Assembly: GCA_013239625.1 (NCBI GenBank)
Contig: MU053934.1
Span: forward strand, 7,335,352-7,399,351
Length of the DNA stretch: 64,000 bases
Origin: Lama guanicoe
Lineage: Eukaryota
Direction: 5' to 3'
This document shows positions 61,906 through 64,000 of the stretch, one piece after another. Every line of letters begins with the position of its first letter. The first letter of the stretch is position 1. The position numbers and the translations under genes were made by a program. Below the pieces are notes generated by a model, which did no database searches, was not told the origin of the DNA, and was given only the letters and a program-made list of their open reading frames with translations.

Positions 61906-64000
61906 ACATATGTGCCTGGCCATCAATGAATAGTGTCTGCTGAATGTGCCAGCAGCCACTGACAGGCGATTGCTCAAGGGTGGGAGGAGGCGCTGCGCTG
62001 ACTGGGGGGGGCACCTACTTTTTGCCGAGTCCACTTTTGCTTTTTCATTATTTCCTTTTTGAATCTGGTGTCTCATATTTTCTTTCACTTAACTTGTGAT
62101 TGGGCAAGCCATGCTTGAGCATGCTCTCTGTCTTAAAAAATATTCATTCTCCATAAAGCAGATCCCTCTTTGTCACCCAGCGGCCCCACCCCACCCGAGA
62201 CTTCCTGGGTTTCCAGCTGCATGCAGACCCTTCCAGACCTGTTGTCTGTTACTGGCTACTCTCGTAATGAAAAAGATTAATAGAGGTTATAAAGAGGTGG
62301 ATTCGCGGTGAGTCATAAAAAAACAATAATAAAAAAAAACCCAGCATTGATATAAGTCCCTGGGAGCATCCGTGAAGCTTGAAGGGGAGATAAGGCACAG
62401 GGGGAGCCAGTAAGGCTGGAGAGGGAGGGGAGCAGAGAAATGGCAAAACCCTGTGGCTTGTTCCTGGGCAGCAGTTTCTGTTGCCTATAGCCTCAGAGAA
62501 CGGAAAAATCTTCCAGGGACTGCTGGCTCAACCCTCACCTCGCTGGTGGGGACCCAGGCCCAGGGTGTGAGACCCTCGGGCTAGGGGTGAAGTGTCCTGA
62601 GGGTGGGACATCCTGGGTCCCATGGCGGGGGTGGGGCAAGGAGGGAGGATTCTGAGAGATTGCCACCCTTGGGCAGAGATGGGGCTGGGACACTGGCCCT
62701 GGGGCTGGAGAGAGTGAGGCTGTTGGCCCTGAGACTCTCTGGCACCAAGGCAGAGAGTGGAATGGCTGAGGTGGGGCGGGAGTGGCCCTGCAGGCTTCTG
62801 GGGCAGGCCTTTGGTGCCCTGTGACTGGCCATGGGGCCCAGAGCTGAGGCCAGCAGACTTCCAGATCAGGGGGTGAAGGGGTGTGGTGGGCTTCAGAGTC
62901 ATCCAGACCTGGCAAGTGCGGTGCCTCCCTGTGCCCCAGTTTCCTCTTCTGGGAAGTGGGAACAGTAATGAGTCCACTGTGGAGGCCAAGAGGGTATGTG
63001 ACTCAGGGCCCCCTCCTCTGAGCCTGTTGTGAAGTGTAAGTTAGGCTGTGTTGGCCCAGGATGAGCCCACCCTGGCCCTCTGCCGAGCTCCGCTCCTGCT
63101 CCTCAGACCCCAGAGGCCTAGAGCCTTCTCCAGACCCCAGGTCCTGAGCTCTCTGCTTTGCTGGTTCTTGGCCTCTGTGTCAGAGGCGCTCCCGCTGTGA
63201 GTGGCCATAGGCCTTGCGGGCAGGGCCTTTTGTGTGTGCATTTTCACCCACTGAGTGTCCAGTGGCGTTTTTCCCCCTTGGTCAGCACCACGTGGCTGCA
63301 TCTTCCCCTGGAGGGAGAAGTGGCCCCAACACGGACCCCCACATCCCCTCACTTGTCTAGTCCTCACTTGAGTGTCCCCACCACCCTATGAAGCAGGCAG
63401 GGGAGGTTATTCCCATCTGACATAATAGGAAACTGCGACCCAGAGAGGAGTTTTGGCCCGGGTCGTGGAGAATATTGGAGGCAGAGCCGAGGTTTGGGTT
63501 CTTAGTCACCTTCTGACAGAGACAGAAATGAAGGGCAGGGGAGTGGCTTTGCCCCTCTGCCTGAGCCCTGGGCCCCTTGGTGTTCCCTGGCTCTCCCGGG
63601 CCCTCCCTGGGGCCCCATCACAGGGCTGATCTCCCTCAGGCCTGCCAAAGCCAGCTTCCCTACCCAGCCCGGCCCTGCATGACTCAGCTTGGTGGGGTCC
63701 CCTAATCAGGTGATTCAAGAGCCTGGCCCCATGAAGCTCTCCGAAGCTCCCTGCCTGGGCTCTTTCCATCTGCCCTACCTGGCAGGCCGTCCAATCCCCT
63801 TGGTCCAGTGGCGCATAAACACAGCAGCCTGGAAGGGTGGGCAGGAACACAGAGCTCAGGCCCTACTCTGTCTCTGTGGCCTTGGGAGAGCCACTGCCCC
63901 TTCATGACCTCCCTTTGTCTGTACAGCAAGGGGCTGGGGTGGTGGGCTCCACGGCCGGTCAGTGGGCACAGTGGGCGGGTCCTGCTTGGGGATTCCTGGG

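Overview
Mammalian genomic DNA, probably a camelid because it carries many copies of a tRNA-Ala-derived SINE resembling the Tylopoda-specific Vic-1. The window holds the syntenic block TTLL1(-) / BIK(+) / MCAT(-) / TSPO(+), the same order as human 22q13.2. It contains the 5' end of TTLL1 (CpG promoter near 9.3 kb, first coding exon 1606-1718), the whole BIK gene (non-coding exon 1 plus 4 coding exons, 154 aa), the whole MCAT gene (4 exons, 390 aa), and the promoter, exon 1 and part of intron 1 of TSPO. The rest is mostly SINE, L1, L2, MIR, MaLR, Tigger and LTR remnants, and most ORFs in the supplied track are spurious. Main observations: (1) a decayed DNAJC19/TIM14 processed pseudogene nested in an L1 and split by two SINEs; (2) an unexplained 109-bp, about 95% identical inverted duplication bracketing MCAT exons 1-3; (3) a BIK protein with a divergent BH3, no lysines and a short tail anchor; (4) several motif clusters in BIK and TSPO introns. 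I found no convincing wholly new biological system. Gene and repeat names come from recalled reference sequences, not from searches, and repeat boundaries are approximate.
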